64,000 nt of DNA from Octopus sinensis (taxonomy: Eukaryota): the NCBI RefSeq assembly GCF_006345805.1, contig NC_043006.1:52452001-52516000 (forward strand). The letters are read 5' to 3'. The notes under the pieces were generated by a model, which did no database searches, was not told the origin of the DNA, and saw only the letters and a program-made list of their open reading frames with translations. This document shows, piece after piece, positions 38,366-53,726 of this stretch (within the stretch, counting starts at the first letter, position 1; each line of letters starts with the position of its first letter). Position numbers and translations under genes: made by a program.

Positions 38366-39914
38366 GGCAATGGGCCGAGAGGAAACTGTCCCTAAAAGGT
38401 CGGGCGGAGGTGGCGAACACGTACATCGCGTCCATCATCTACTACCGCCTGACCGTCGTACCTTGTCCCGACCCTACCATCACCAAACTAGAACGCATTC
38501 TCTTCCGCTTCTTGTGGAAAGGATGCGTCCCGATGGTCAGGCGATCCATTTGCTGTCAACACCCGTTAAAAGGAGGGCTGGGCATGCCGTGGTTGATGAT
38601 GCACAGACACGCGCTGAGACTGCGACATCTCCGGCTCTATGTAGACGACGGTGAACAGGTGTGGTCGCCGTATGTGAGGCACGCATTCCCGCAGCTCGTC
38701 TCCATGACCGAACTGCAGTCGTGGATCAAAAAGAAGCCGAGGAAGGGCGAATGGCACCGCGAGTGTCGCGTTGCTCTCAAGCAACTCTGCCGTCCCGGGA
38801 CGACCTTGAGTAACTTCAACACAACCAAAGCATTCTACAGGGGATTAGTGGAGGGGAGGTACGACGACGATCTTGGGGTAAACCTGGGCGTCGACGAGGA
38901 ATACCTGACCCACCTGTTTGAAATGACTTTCGGGCCGGGACCTATGGACAACTTCCAGACATCCCTGCCTGGCGGTGCTACCGGGAAGCGCTACCCGTTC
39001 GGGAAAAGCTCTATAGGCATGGCTCGAGAAACACGGGGCCTACCTGCCCGAGATGCGGGCAGAGCGAAGAAACCGTTCTGCACGCAATCGTGCAGTGTCC
39101 AACAATCTCCGACCTGTGGGCTTATGTCGAACGACTGCTGTCACGTGTGGGAAGTGTCGGTTTATCAGCCGAGTCTATCGTTAATATCGTCACGCCTCCT
39201 TCCTTCAAACGAGAAGGAAGAGCTATTTTTATCATACTTGTGGCTATGGCGAAAGAATGTATCTGGTGGACGCGCCTAAAAGAATTAGAGACAAACACTT
39301 TCCTCTCTGGTCAATCTCTCATCACCTTCTTCAAGTATCACTTGAAGAGAAAAGTGAGAGTAGAGAGGCAAGTTTTGTCTAGCTAATGTTTTAAAAAAAG
39401 ATGGGTGAATGTAGCAAGGATGGCACGTATGAATGACGAAGCCACCTTGAGCATAATCCTATGAACCCAGAAATTGAAAACAGAGGGTTACCCACTTGCA
39501 AACAAATGTGGTAACATATAACAATATTGACCAAGGTTACCGTGGTCTTTTTCGTAGGCTTTTCTTCCCACGGATAAACCTTACTTGCTTTCCCCTTTAC
39601 ACCATATATCATAACACTGTGATACACGATTCCTATTGATTGTTCTTTTTTTTCCTCTTCCCCTTTTTCCCCCTTTTTTCTTCTTTTTTCATTTCTCTTT
39701 TCTCTTGTTCCTTTTCCTTTTTTTTTATTCTTTTTATTTTTTATTTTAATTATTTATTTATTTTTCTTTGTTCTTTTCTTCCCTTTTACGATCCCACTTG
39801 ATCGAAAACCTACGCCACCCCCTTTTTTGTTTGTTTTCTTCATCCCCCAAAAGAAAAGCTCTACCTTGTAACTTGTCCCATCTGTGTGCAGCCCTGTGTG
39901 GCCAATAAAGAAAC
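38366..39914 (+). mobile_element. 5'-truncated Tx1 LINE (second 3' UTR variant)
   Basis: Starts at QWAERKL, ends GGCCAATAAAGAAAC, between (TATC)n tracts. Confidence 0.88.
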
Positions 39915-39958
39915 TTATCTATCTATCTATCGATCTATCTATCTGTCTGTCTGTCTAT

Positions 39959-40000
<42 letters not shown>

Positions 40001-40324
40001 ATCTATCTATCTACCTGTCTGTGTGTCAGTCAGCCTATCTCTCTCTCTCTCTGTCTATGCATCTACCTGCCTATGTTTTTTTTTTTTAACTCGATCTCTT
40101 TCCCAGTACACAATTAAAATAAATGACTCAGACCCTGTCCACTTCAATTGTTTCCTCTCAATCATTTCAGAAAGTAACCGAATGATGATTTTCATACCAT
40201 TTGAGAACTCATTCTTTTAATCGATTGTTTGTCCTGAATGAAGAGCGTGGAAATTCACAAATCAACTGACACAGCAGATGCGTTCAGTCACTGTTTAGCT
40301 TGCTCTCACCGAACACACACACGC

Positions 40325-40401
<77 letters not shown>

Positions 40402-43400
40402 CGAACTCCCTCTCTCTGTCACTCTTTCCTTATGAATGTATATATGTATGTCTCTTCTATTCTTTAATTTTTATAAATTTTCCACTGAGGAGGGAGCCAG
40501 ATTCCAACATTTTTGGTATATAGTTAACACGTATGTATGTTCTATTAAAAGATGTAAATTTATCACAAATAGAAAGAAAATGAATTGTTGTACTTAACTT
40601 GTTTTAAAGGAAATTTATAAATAGTTTTCGTTTTCAACAGGGATGGGTGGTGCACAATGAGGGATTTTTACTGCATGATTGACTTTAAGAAGACGTATTT
40701 TTTACAACTGTTCACAACCTTGCAAAAACAATATCAGCTAAGCAAATGATCTTCCCAAAATGCATTAAAAGCATCATAAAATAATATGACCAAAATTTCA
40801 GAAAATTTTCACCGTTCTCTTTGAGCACATCATAGATAAATTTAGCTGGGGCAAAATGAGTAACCCAAGTTAAAGTAAACGTACCTCTTCAGTTCTCCAG
40901 AATTACATTTGAAAACAAACTCATACACATCAATATCCTAATTTAGACATCAGGAAGATCAGAAATGCAGCAAATATTTAAGATATCTATGTTAAATGAA
41001 GGAGGATCACGGAAAAATGACACATGGTACGAAATTACCGAAACTCGAATAAATCAACAAAATCAACGCAAAATATTATAGTTTCTTCACGAACTTCTGG
41101 AGTGGCTCTCTTACTGATATATTTCCGTACCGTGCAGTTAAAGAGAAGACACTTTTGAAATTATTCATGATTCATTTTAAACCATCTTAAACATCAGTTT
41201 TTGAAAATTGAAAATTACTTAATTAAGACAGTGTTAGAAGACAGTTGACTTGCAATACAACAGAAGGAAGGATATTGATTGTTAAAGTCCAAATATTATC
41301 CATTATTATTTATTAGCAACCTCAATTACAATCAGGAAAAATTATTTAGAAAACATGTACCAGTCACCTGACTGTATGTATGTATGTATGTATGTATGTA
41401 TGTATGTATGTATGTATGTATGTATGTATGTGTGTGTGTGTGTGTGTATGTGTGTGTGTATGTGTGTGTGCTTGTGTGTGTGCTTGTGTGTGCGTCTTTG
41501 CGTGTGTGTGCGTGTCTGCATGTGTATGTGCGCGCATACGTGTCGCGTGTGGGCGTGTATGGTTGTTTGTGAGTGTGCGCCGTGTGCTTCTGTGCGTGTG
41601 TTATTCAATTTTATTTCAAGATTTCTTGCCAATATATTTTATCAGTCTTTCTTCATCTACTCCACCCAACCACACTGTCTGAGAACCTGTGATGGTTTGT
41701 TTACATCCCTGTAACCTAACAGTTAAGCAAAAGACCAATAAAGAATACGTTCTAACCTTTAAAATGTACTGGAGATGATTTGTTTGACGAAACACTTCTA
41801 GGCAGTGCACCATGTCCTCAGTCAAATGAGTGAAACAAGTAAAAGATATATGACATGTTGTTGGTTTATTTCTCTGTTGTCATATAGATGAACCCACCTT
41901 AATGATGTTTCGTATTTTCTAGTTAATTTGTGATTGAAAGATGACTTTTGCAGCTGTTTCTTGCAGATAATGCTACAACAGAGGGGCCTTATCATATACT
42001 GCAGAATATGTTAGACCTGAAAATTTTATATAATAATGACTACAGGATAAATTTCTAGGTTTTGATTAAACCTGACTAGTTATATTCTGATGTCTTCATC
42101 TTTATCGACTACTTCACGACCGGTGACCCGTCGGGTCACCGGTAGTGAATTGCTTGGGTCACTGGGTAAGTCTGATTTTCCTAACAACTGAGTTTTGTTT
42201 CGTGTTTTGTTTTTCTTTTCCAGGTTATTTCGCGTGATTTCAATGTCAACTTCGTTGAAAGCATCAGCGAAACGGCTTCTTTCCTCAGAAAAGAAAAAAT
42301 TTGGCTGTTATTTCTTGCATGCCCTGCTACCACATAACTGGTATTTCGGGTCCTTTACGTGTTAGCAGGGCTTGCTAGGAATAGCAGCCAAATCTTTGGA
42401 GGTGAGATACGTTGAATGCACTCGAAAATAACCTATGGAAAAAATTATTTCACACCGAGGTTACGAACGGGTCTTTTACGAAATATTTACCGTATTTTTA
42501 AAGCCATTTTCACTTTAAAATATTCTTTAAATATGCCAAAAATATTTTGAAATGGTATTTATTTGAAAATAATTTTAGAAATTATTAAAATACTGTCTGT
42601 TGAAAGAAAGCTAAAATATAAATACATATTGTTCAAGCAAGACACATTTTTGAAATCATATTCGCTTAAGAATATTTCTAAATGATTAAGATATTGTATT
42701 TACCAAAAGCGAAAATAGAAACATTTACTATAAAAAACAAGTCGTATTTTCTCGTTGTCAAGTCACTGTGTCTATTCGAAAGGTTAGAGTTCCTTCTCCT
42801 TCAGGGTTAAGCTATTTTCGGAGCATTTTCCTATTATGTACCGTTTTACCCCGAAAACCCGTAATATCTCAGCAACCAGTTGTCCGATTTACGTGAGACT
42901 TATAATACGTGATTAATTCTAAGTAATATGAATAAACATTACATTTGACAGAGTACTCTGAATGCAAAGAACTAAACAAATTAGATTTATTTTATAAGAA
43001 CTTTAAAAATCTAAATTCTTTTGTAGATAATGATCTTGAAAGTACAACCAAATCTGTAACCCGTGTATGTACAAGCTCCAGTTCTAAAATGTCTATTCCT
43101 CATCAGTGAAAAGCAAATAATAAATCAGTAAATAATTCAAGTTCACGTGAAATTATTTGAAGTAAAATAAAACAGGTAATTTTCAGGTTGTTGATATATA
43201 AACTGAACTATTTTTACGATATCCAGCTGAAATTGTTTTTCTCAAATGCATCAGATATGCCAATTTATGTTCTCTTGAAGTGAAATAAATTTAAGTTTGA
43301 AAACTATTGGTTGTTATGTGTTGTTTATTTATCCTTTCTATATGAATGCATGCATACATTCATATGTATGCATGAATGCATATATTTATCCATCCATTCA

Positions 43401-44602
43401 TATTTGTATGTACGAATGTACGTGTTCATCCTTCCTCTCCCCAATCACCTCCTCCTCTTTCCATCCATTCATTCATTCATCCAGTGATCAATCGACCGAG
43501 TGATCAATGGAAGCTGGTAAATTCTCCAAGGTACCCGTTTTAGGAAAGTTTTCCTGAAACATGTCGTTATCAATCTAAAAGCTTGTTTTCCAGCTGGTAA
43601 TGTCTCTTATAGAAATTGTATCATTACTAAAGATTCCATCTTATAATGTGCAATTGATTAACTGCTGCTGGACATTGATAACATAGATTTTACATTTTAT
43701 AGACAGTAATCAATAAGGTAACTACTGTCCTTTACAAAAATCGTAAAACACAACGAACAGCAAAAGCTTTTTCATAAGCAAAAGCAAATTGTCCTGTTGT
43801 GGTTATGTAACCTCAAGTCAGTCCTTATCTAGCAGACCTATAACTAAAAACATTCCAGCTACACTTGACAATTTCTTTGTTAAGACAATGCATATCTAAG
43901 ACTAGACTGCATTGTTCAGTAAGCGTTTTTACGTATTGAATAAAGTAATTTGAGAAAGATTTAGTGCCTAACAGTGGGAGCTTCTTTGTTGTATGGTGGT
44001 GGATGCAAAATCATGCTTATATATTTAAATCTGTCTGTATAGTATATTAAAGTTTATTCAGAAAAAATATAGAGTAACTGTGTTCAAAATGCCTATCATC
44101 TTGTGATCTCAGCACTGGTTCTGATATTTATGTGACAGAGACATGTCTGAAGAAACAACAAAGAAAACTTGATTGGAAAGGATGGGAAAATATGTAAAGA
44201 GAAATAAAGGCAAAAAAGCAAGAAAAACAAAGACATACTGTTAAAATTAGCCTGGTAATTTGTTTATTTCATTTTCATAGCAATATTAATTCATCTAATC
44301 TGAAATGGGTTCTGTTGTTTAATTTATTGGATATGTAGTGCATAAATCTGGTTGCAAACGCTTCCAGAAGAATTGTGACAAAGAAGCACAGGATAAAGCA
44401 TATGAATTAGACAGGAATATTAATACATTAAAGATGAAACATATATATGTGTATTTAGAGAGAAAATAATCGCTGCAGAAAACCAATATTCATTAGCATA
44501 TGTGCAAATTAAAACCGTCATTATCATATGGTAGAATGGATTCTTCATATTCTCATACTACAGGGGAAATTATTTGGAATAATAGAAATTCTGTTTCCTT
44601 GT

Positions 44603-44778
44603 TTATTTTCTAATATTGCAGTTGGCTCTGTATTGCCAATCACACACTTTCAAGACTTTGTTGAAGTGCAAGTTTCCAGGGCAATCCTTTCTGTAGGCAA
44701 TATTCCAGTCGCAATGATAAAAACGTCTGCAGCTTTGTGGATCAGGGAAAAGACCTGAAGTTTCAGGACATTTGAAGC
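44603..44778 (-). CDS. Copy B exon 11: chitin-binding type-2 domain and stop
   Basis: [57 protein letters not shown]; acceptor TTTTTTTCACTAG|. Confidence 0.9.
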
Positions 44779-45349
44779 CTAGTGAAAAAAATATGAACAA
44801 GATTGTCAAATAAATGAATTTTAATTATATATAATTGATGATTAAGTAAATATTTATCGATGATCACATTTATTTAATTGATGAGTCTGCCAACATGAGG
44901 GGTGTGTGTATACATGTATGAATATGTGCATACATGTATGTACATGTATATATGTGTGTGTGTGCATGCATGATTGTGTCTCCTGGTCTTGCTACTGCAT
45001 GACTGTTACACATGAGTGTCACTTTCATAGAAGCAGTGTTATTCATTTCCAGTCTCCTGTAAAGCCATGTCTGGCTATCAGGAAATATTTTTTTACTTGG
45101 AGGCAGGTGTGGGTTGGCAGCAAAAAAGGTATTCAGCTGTAGAAAATCTGACAACTGCAGGTCTTATCTATCTGCCTGACCTATGCAAGCTTGGAAAAGG
45201 GGATGTTAAAGCAATAATGATGAATTGCTTTAACTGCTTTTGGAAACCCAAATCATTTCGTAAGAGAGACTGGTGGCTTTTTATCTCTTTAATCAAACAA
45301 TTCTACATAACAACACAGCTTCATTACTCATGGATAAATCTTAAAAACA

Positions 45350-45400
<51 letters not shown>

Positions 45401-48400
45401 ACAAGTGTGTATTAATCAGAAGATAATGCATAATGGGTGTGTAAGTTCTATACACTAAAATAAATATAAATACCACCACCACCACCACCACCACAAAAAT
45501 AAACCAAATAAAATCATCTTTGTCAACTCTCATCTCAATTCATTTAAATTAGTGATTCTCAAATATTCTTCGTCTATGGACCTCCCTGATTCCTATTTCA
45601 TTCAGGTAGACCCTGGCAAACATTTCATGTTTAAAAGATCCTATTATATTATCATTAAATGATATTAGGAATTGTATAAAAAGATTGTTAAAATGTTTTG
45701 TGCATTGTAGAAATATAACCGATTTATAGCACATAATTTTTAACAAAAGAATCTTATACAGACCCGCAAGGATCATATGGACTCTTGGTGAGAGCAACTG
45801 ATGAAGATAAAGTATGAGGAAGAGTTAAATCATCTTAGTCAGAGACTAAAATATATTTGCATATTCACTGAACTGACTTGAGAAATTTCAAAACGAATAT
45901 ATATTTTTCTTTTCTGTTTTTTGTGTTTTGAAGAAAAATTATTAACTTGATAATTTTTTGTAAAAAGTATTTTGAAAGTGAAACCTTTACACAAAAACAT
46001 ACTAGCTCTCACTATCAGAAAACTTAGTCAGAATGTTATATTTTTTTCCTCTGTTTGTTGAATTCCCACCCTCTTGGTACTAACATGAAATCATTTAGAT
46101 TCTTTGACCCAGGCGAACATGGGTGCTTTAAATTGTTATTGGCAGTTTTTCCTGCACTTATCAAGGCATAAAAAATATACTCATGTGAACACATAATCAT
46201 TAATTAACATTTATCCGAATAAATGTTAATTAACTGAGCAAATCAAATATGGAAAATGCATTTATTAATCGCTGGATTTAGCAATAAATTAAAGGTACTG
46301 TACTTACTTGCTTGGGAGAGTGGTACTGCAAAAGAATAATATAAATCAAAAGTCGTATTAGTTTCATTTATACACATATAATTTCGTACACACACAAACA
46401 CATAGCACACAAATTGCAAAATTACAAGCACACATATTACCCAGAAAAGGAAGTTTAATTGATGCTTTCATGAGATAAAAACGGTCATAAACCATATGTC
46501 TCAGAATTGGGAAACGCTTATCAACTAAAATTAATCTTGGATTAAGAAACAAAAATTCTTCAAGTAATATTTTAAATTTAAAATTGGCAGAAATGTTAGC
46601 ACGCCAAGCGAAATGTTTAGCGGTATTTTGTCCGTCTTTACGTTCTGAGTTCAAATTATGCCGAGGTCGGCTTCGCATTTCATCCTTTCGGGGTCGGTAA
46701 ATTAAGCACCAGTTGCGTACTGGGGTCGATATAATCGACAATCCCCCTTCCCCCAATATTCGGGCCTCGTGTTTAGAATAAAAAAGAATATTAAAAATTT
46801 AAAAAGAAAAAATTGTAAGGTAGATGAGATAACTCCAGTAGCTGCAAGTTCACTTCCGATATTTGCTTTTGTAAGCGGAATGCTTCCCTGATATATTTCC
46901 ATCAGTTCCTTTAATACAGTTAACTTAGTATATCTGTTTATTGTTTTATGTGTTCTATTCTTATTCAAAGCAGAAAGACAATTTAAAAGTTTAACGGAGA
47001 CAAATTTTTCCACTGATATTCAAATGAAAGCTTTATACGTGCAATAAACAAAAGCGATTTGAACTGGTCGTTTCCAGAGGCTGGAAGAAGGTAATGACCG
47101 ACTAAGTAGCCTGATTTCAAGAACATCAGGAACTTTTCAAAATTTCAGAACTGTATAAGAAATTCACGAAGAAAAATCTAAATTTCGAATATCTGATTAT
47201 CAAAGTTATTAAAAGTTTTAAAATTGTTAAATATTGAAATTATGTTTGATAGTATTTTAGCTTTACATTAATTTCTTGACAAGATAGAAAGAAGGAATTG
47301 TATATTCTAATTAATGTCCATACAATTTTTGAACGCATAAATGACCTAAGTAAAGCGAAAAGGTGGTCGCTAGAATTCAAAATCGAAGTAGGGATGCGGT
47401 TTACTAGCGCAAATAATGTAACATTAAACAGCTATGCTTACCTTCACAACATTCTCCTGTAAAGTTAAGTGGGCATCGGCAACGTATCAGGTTGGCATTT
47501 TGGATGCAGGTTCCTCCGTTAAGACAAGGGCGAGACGGACAATAAGTTCTTTTATCACAAAACTTGCCATACCATCCATTAACACAATTACATTTGAATC
47601 CATTTGGTCCAAGTTTCTTACAGTGGCCGTTATTTTGACAAGGATTATGAGTGCATTGATATATTGGAATCTCACATATCTGTCCAGTCCATCCTGGAGG
47701 ACAGGTACAAATAACGCTGTTTCCTCTAGGATAGCACTGTCCACCGTGTAAACAGGGGTTTCCTGAACAAGACGTAATTTTATCTCACAGAGTTTACCAG
47801 TCCATCCTGGAGGACAGTCGCATATACTTTTGTGTACATTACAAGTTCCTCCATTTTGACATTTTAGATAGCACGGTCTTGGGAACTGGCACCTATTTCC
47901 ATAAAAGCCATTTGCACATGTGCAAGTGATTTGATCGTTTACCAGCTGACATCTTCCACCATTTTGACAGATATTTGGATTTAACGCGCAATCATCTCTT
48001 CTTGAACAATCTGGACCAACGAATCCATGACGGCAGTTGCACATTCTTGTGTTAGTGTTACAAATTCCTCCATTTTGACATGGTGGATAACACTGAATCG
48101 GCACCTGGCATCTATCACCTTGAAATCCATTGAGACATATGCAAGAAACTTGATTGTTTACAAGCTGACATGTTCCACCATTTTGACAGATATTTGCTGA
48201 GCAAAATGGTTGTTCACATCGTAGTCCTGTGAATCCAACAGGGCAAATACAAGTGAATTGAACTCCATTTGGATAGCATCTTCCTCCATTTTGACACGGT
48301 GAAGATTGACAGGAATTAATATTAATAGGAATTCCACAACGTGGACCAGTAAATCTAGGTTGGCAAATACATTTCTCAACAAAGTTAGTTGTAGTACATC

Positions 48401-51400
48401 GGCCACCATTTAGGCAAGTCACTGAGCGACATTTATCTTCAAATTGACAACGAGGACCGTAAAAGTTAGGAAGACAATGGCACACAAATGAGGTACCTGC
48501 ATTCGAACATTGACCACCGTTCATACAAGGTGCTGACAAACATGCTGAAAGAACTAGATCCAAAAAGAAATAAATTAACAGATTAAATTCAAAACAAAAA
48601 CAAATTAACAGAATAAATCTACTTGATTTACTATTTAATAAAACAACATTCACTAAATCCATAAATGCCTTACTTAAATACAAACACAAAAAAGATTCAG
48701 TTTTGTAAATAAGATAATGTTGTGCGTTTTTTTCCAACTGTTCTAAATTACAACTCGGTGGCAATGCTAGCACACTTAAGACGTCTTATAAGTAACTATA
48801 ACTATGGCAGACCTGTTTAATACAGTATTATCGTTATGGAGTAAAAATCACTACCGATCAGCACGATTGATTTACAATTACTAATTCAGCCTACAGGTCA
48901 TCTACAAAACGTCAAAAATGATCCTCAAATAGAAATGTATTTAAGATAAAAACATCTGATAATAGAAATAAAGATGTATTAAGCAAACGACTGCCAGACA
49001 ATGATAATATATTTCACTTCGTTTGAATGATTTTTGTGTTTTACTTTTCTAAATATTTTTTTGTACTATGTAATCCCAATGCCGAAATTAACATACGATG
49101 TGGTATTCAATACAATTGCGAATATTGGCTTTATTTACTGGTTGAAATTAGGTTATGTGAGATCCAGATTTCACTCAGTATGGAATGTGTCTCTCATATC
49201 TATGTTGGACACCATTAATCTCTGACTTCTTTGCATGCTTATAGATGTATTCCAGCTTATTAGAAATCTTCAAATCTAACCACTGGCTAGTTCGTTTTTA
49301 GCTTTAATAGGGAAATTCTTAACTTGCTAGATGAACCTTTTTCCTCACATCTCCGAGTTGCACACGTGTCATGCTTACGTGTTCCACTCCAAATCCCGCT
49401 TCTACCTCTTAAACCCGATCATCATATTACAAACAGTAATTATAAAGACCTTTTACCTCACGAATGTTAATGTGATATACAGTAATACCTCGACTATCGC
49501 GTATTTGACATTCCAAAACCTCCATCGATAGGTGAAAATCTACGAAGAAGGAGCAGCACTGTATATTTTTATTATTATTTTTATAATTTGTATATATTTA
49601 TTTTATAAATGCATTTATGTTGTAAATGCAAAACAACACTACGGAGGAATCGACGTAAGCTCGAAAAATAAACTGTAATGGGTGATCCGCGATATGGCGA
49701 GAGATTACTGTATTAGCAACTTCCTGTATCTTCTAGTCTGAGAATATCCTATCGCTTACCGACTTAGTCTTCCAACAAAATAAAGAGATAGGTCACACGT
49801 TTTTTATGTGGCTTTATATATGAAGAAGGAAAACGATTTTAGTAGAAAGAAATTTTTAAAAAGTCTAACATGTTTCTAATTTGAAATTGAAAAGAAATTC
49901 ATTTAGTATATTTAATAGGCTGAAATAACTTACATTGACGATAGAATCAGCTGAAATCAGTATTTGTTTTTCGTTTTTTTTTAAATTTTTGTTTAGACAT
50001 ATCTTCGGAGACAGTTGGTATTTCTCAGTTTACCATGGAACTTGATGACTAAATTGTTTGCAATACTTACATTTGCTGAAATGTTGGCATTAGTTTATTA
50101 TAGTGATGTAATTTCAAATAGAAATTCATGATTCTTACCATTCTCGCATTTGGATCCCGTATAACCATATGCACATCTGCAGTTATAGCCATTAATTTCG
50201 TCAACGCACGTACCTCCATTTAAACAAGGTGGTGACGCCTGCTTGCATTCGTCGATTCCTAAGATAAATCAATATTAACCCATTCTTTCACTTCGTTAAC
50301 GTTTGCTTTGAAAAATCATTCCAGTTTAGAACACCAGAGGTATTGCAATATCATGCATATTTAATAGTTTGTTTCTTTTAGGGAGTATTATTAATAACTT
50401 GTCGAAGCAGTTAAATTTAACCTGCTTAAATAACAACAAAGTTTTCGACAGTTAAATGCATATCTACTTTTAAATTTGTACTTCCATTTATTTTAACGTA
50501 TTAATTATCCACTCATATCTACATGTTATTAATCAAAATTGAACTAGACATTAACTTTCAACTAGAGTAATAAGTTAACAACTCAACTATGATAAGCTGT
50601 TGAACTTTCACTTAGAACGAATTATTATTGTCCAGTTAAAGAAATGACCAAATGAGCATTATCTGGAATATCTTTGAGGAGATATATAACACACCTGCAG
50701 GTGGAATACACGTAGAACCAGATGGCATGCTGTATAAATATATAATGTATATAGAAGTGCAAATCTGAGCGTACATATGTTAAAGATGCCCACGTTAAAA
50801 AGAGTTTATTCTATGAGATAGATTCAATTAATATCATTATTATACCTAAAATGAAATAGACATTGATAGTTTCGCGATTGTTACAATTAAACAGTGTCTC
50901 GAATTCCTACAAATAAAGTTTACAAGTCAATAGAAAAAAGTAAATACCTTTATTACAATATTGTCCTGTGTATGACGGATGGCAGGTGCAGCTAAACGTA
51001 GAGCCTATGTGAGTACAAGTTGCATTGTTTTTACACGGAGCACTGCGACATGGATTAGCTGAAAAAGTAATGACGATACATGTCTTTTACGCATATATTT
51101 TCTTTCAATTTATTTAAATAATGAAATTCGATAAAATGAAAGTGAATCAACTTCATTAATATATCAACTTTATTACCATTAATATATCAACTTCATATAT
51201 CAACGTCATTAACAGCAATGTATTTACAACCTCACAAAAAGAGAATTTGTATATATAATTACAGAGATTTATATGCTTTTAATTGAGCTGTGGCCAATCG
51301 AGTCGATACCGAGTCAGTCTGCTGTTGAATGTGTGACAACATCATTTATTAATCACTAGTGCTGCACTGAGAATAATAACAAAAATATTTAACTCTCATT

Positions 51401-53679
51401 CATTTAAATTCTTCGCTGAAAATAGGTATTATGTAGCAGTGTAGTTTTCTGTTGTAAGGAGCAGGAGCCCTGTATAACAAGGAATGTTCTGTTTGCTTGC
51501 AATTACGTGCGTCTGTCGTGACCACAGCTCAGACAGACATTTTTTTAAAGAGTAGTTAATACATCCTTGATTAATGCAATAGTCATGAATAATTAAGGTA
51601 TTTATGGAGGTAAAAAATTGATTGGATGACTGATTTTCGATGACTCAGTTTTAGATTACCGGGAATCTAAAGTGTTAGTGAGCAAATTCGAGATAATCGA
51701 AGTGCTAGCTAACCCCATAGAAAATCCAAGGCCGAAATTTTTTTAGGTAGAAAATGGTCCCATTTTATTGAACTCAGGAAGCTAAAGGGAGAACTGATCC
51801 AGGCAGGATTTGAATTCATGATTTAAAGAGACAGAAATAATAAACACGTACCATCGGGAGGGCAGAATGGACCAGTAACACCAGGCTTGCAGACTTTTCG
51901 ACCGTTAATATCACACTGAAACCTCGTTTGCTCGCTGGTGGGAATATAACACCTTGTTATGCAGTTCGGACCATAATAGCCTTGGCTACAATAACTCTGA
52001 AGTAAAACAACAACAAAGACATTCTAAGACATTCGAAAAGAGAATGGTTATATAAAACTTCTGATATTTTGCTCACAAACAGACTGTTTTAAAAGTATAA
52101 AGGTTTGTGGCTTTGGTGTACGAGTTTTTAATAATTGGTAAGGTATAAGGTGGCGAGCTGGCAGAATCGTTAGCACGCTGAACGAAATGCTGAGCGGTAC
52201 TTCGTTTTCCACTCCAAATCCCGCATCTACCTCTTAAACCCGAGGCCGACTTAGCCTTTTATCCTTTCGGGATCGATAAATTAAGTAGCAGTTGTTTACT
52301 GGGGTCGATCTAATCAACTGGCCCCTCACCCCAATTTCAGGCCTTGTGCTTATAATAGAAAGAATTAATTGGTATGGTACTAAGACTGCATGCTCTTCCA
52401 TAATGAAACCGCTCTAACGTTGTTTAAACCGCAATATTTACATTATGACACACTGACTTGCCGGTAGTTGACTGTGGTGTACTTAGAAGTAAATGAAGTT
52501 AATAGTTACGTTAATAGTTACATTAATAGCAGAAATTACTAGCTTCGCGTGAGAAGCGAGAGAAATACCCTGTTCATTATAGTCGACGATTTATTTAACC
52601 CAGGGTTCAGTTGCAACCAAGAGAGCATTTATATTTCAAAGCATGTTCTCTGTGTATCCTATGTATGGCTTTGTCTTGTTTTGTCTAAGTGTTGGCTGGT
52701 TACTTATTTGTGTGGCGAGAGGTGAAGATATTGCGATTACGCTACGTGTTTTGAAGAATGCATTGCAGACCAAGAAATTCTTTTGAGCACTGGCAGAACA
52801 GGGACAAAGAATCATGTGTCCATTCATCTTCTCAGACTTTCTCGAAACTCTGCACTGATACTTGCTTACCTTGTTTCTTATATAACCTCATGTTTAAGAG
52901 GAACCCATAAAACATTATAGAACTTTCTATAATATGGGGTGATATTTCTGCAAGCTAATTGGTTGGTATTCATGGCACGTTGCTGATATAAGTATGGTTT
53001 GCTAGTAGTTACTAAAGCAGTAAAATTTTGATTTTAGTCTTCGTTGCGCGTTCATAGAATCATTTCCGCGTTTCTAAAGATGTTGAATATATGTATATAT
53101 ATTTTAAGGGTAGTTTGGACACAAAAATAATGCCAGGTATTTTCAATACCATCTGCATATGAACTACTGTATGATAGAGTACGCCCATAACCTAGAATAC
53201 ATATGTACACAGAGAAGAAATGCAAGAAATGTGAGTAATTGTCAAGTATTTTTGACCATGGATATTTGTGCTGTCCGCTCAGAGCAATGGGCAGCTGGAG
53301 GATCACATATCAGAATGATAAACGCTCAAATCAGTTAAGATGTGTGGCGTAGAATAACACCCAGATATTCCTGGCCAACAATGATAGTTAAAGTACTTAC
53401 TCGAATTTGGTAGGTCAGTTGAGTAGTAGGATTCTGACTACCACGAGTTGTTATAAAATTATACCTGGCTTCTTCGACGCTTCTCTGAGGCAAATGACTA
53501 CCACTTTGGTAAACGAAATCGGCTATCAATTCGTTGTTGCTCTTTGCAGTAAACGAAATAACGAATTTCTGAAAACAGAGGTTTGAAGGTATGTATTATT
53601 GGAAATTTGTACTATCAGGTAGAACAATGAAAATTATATACGAGAATGCACACACACACACACGTACACACACACACGT

Positions 53680-53726
<47 letters not shown>

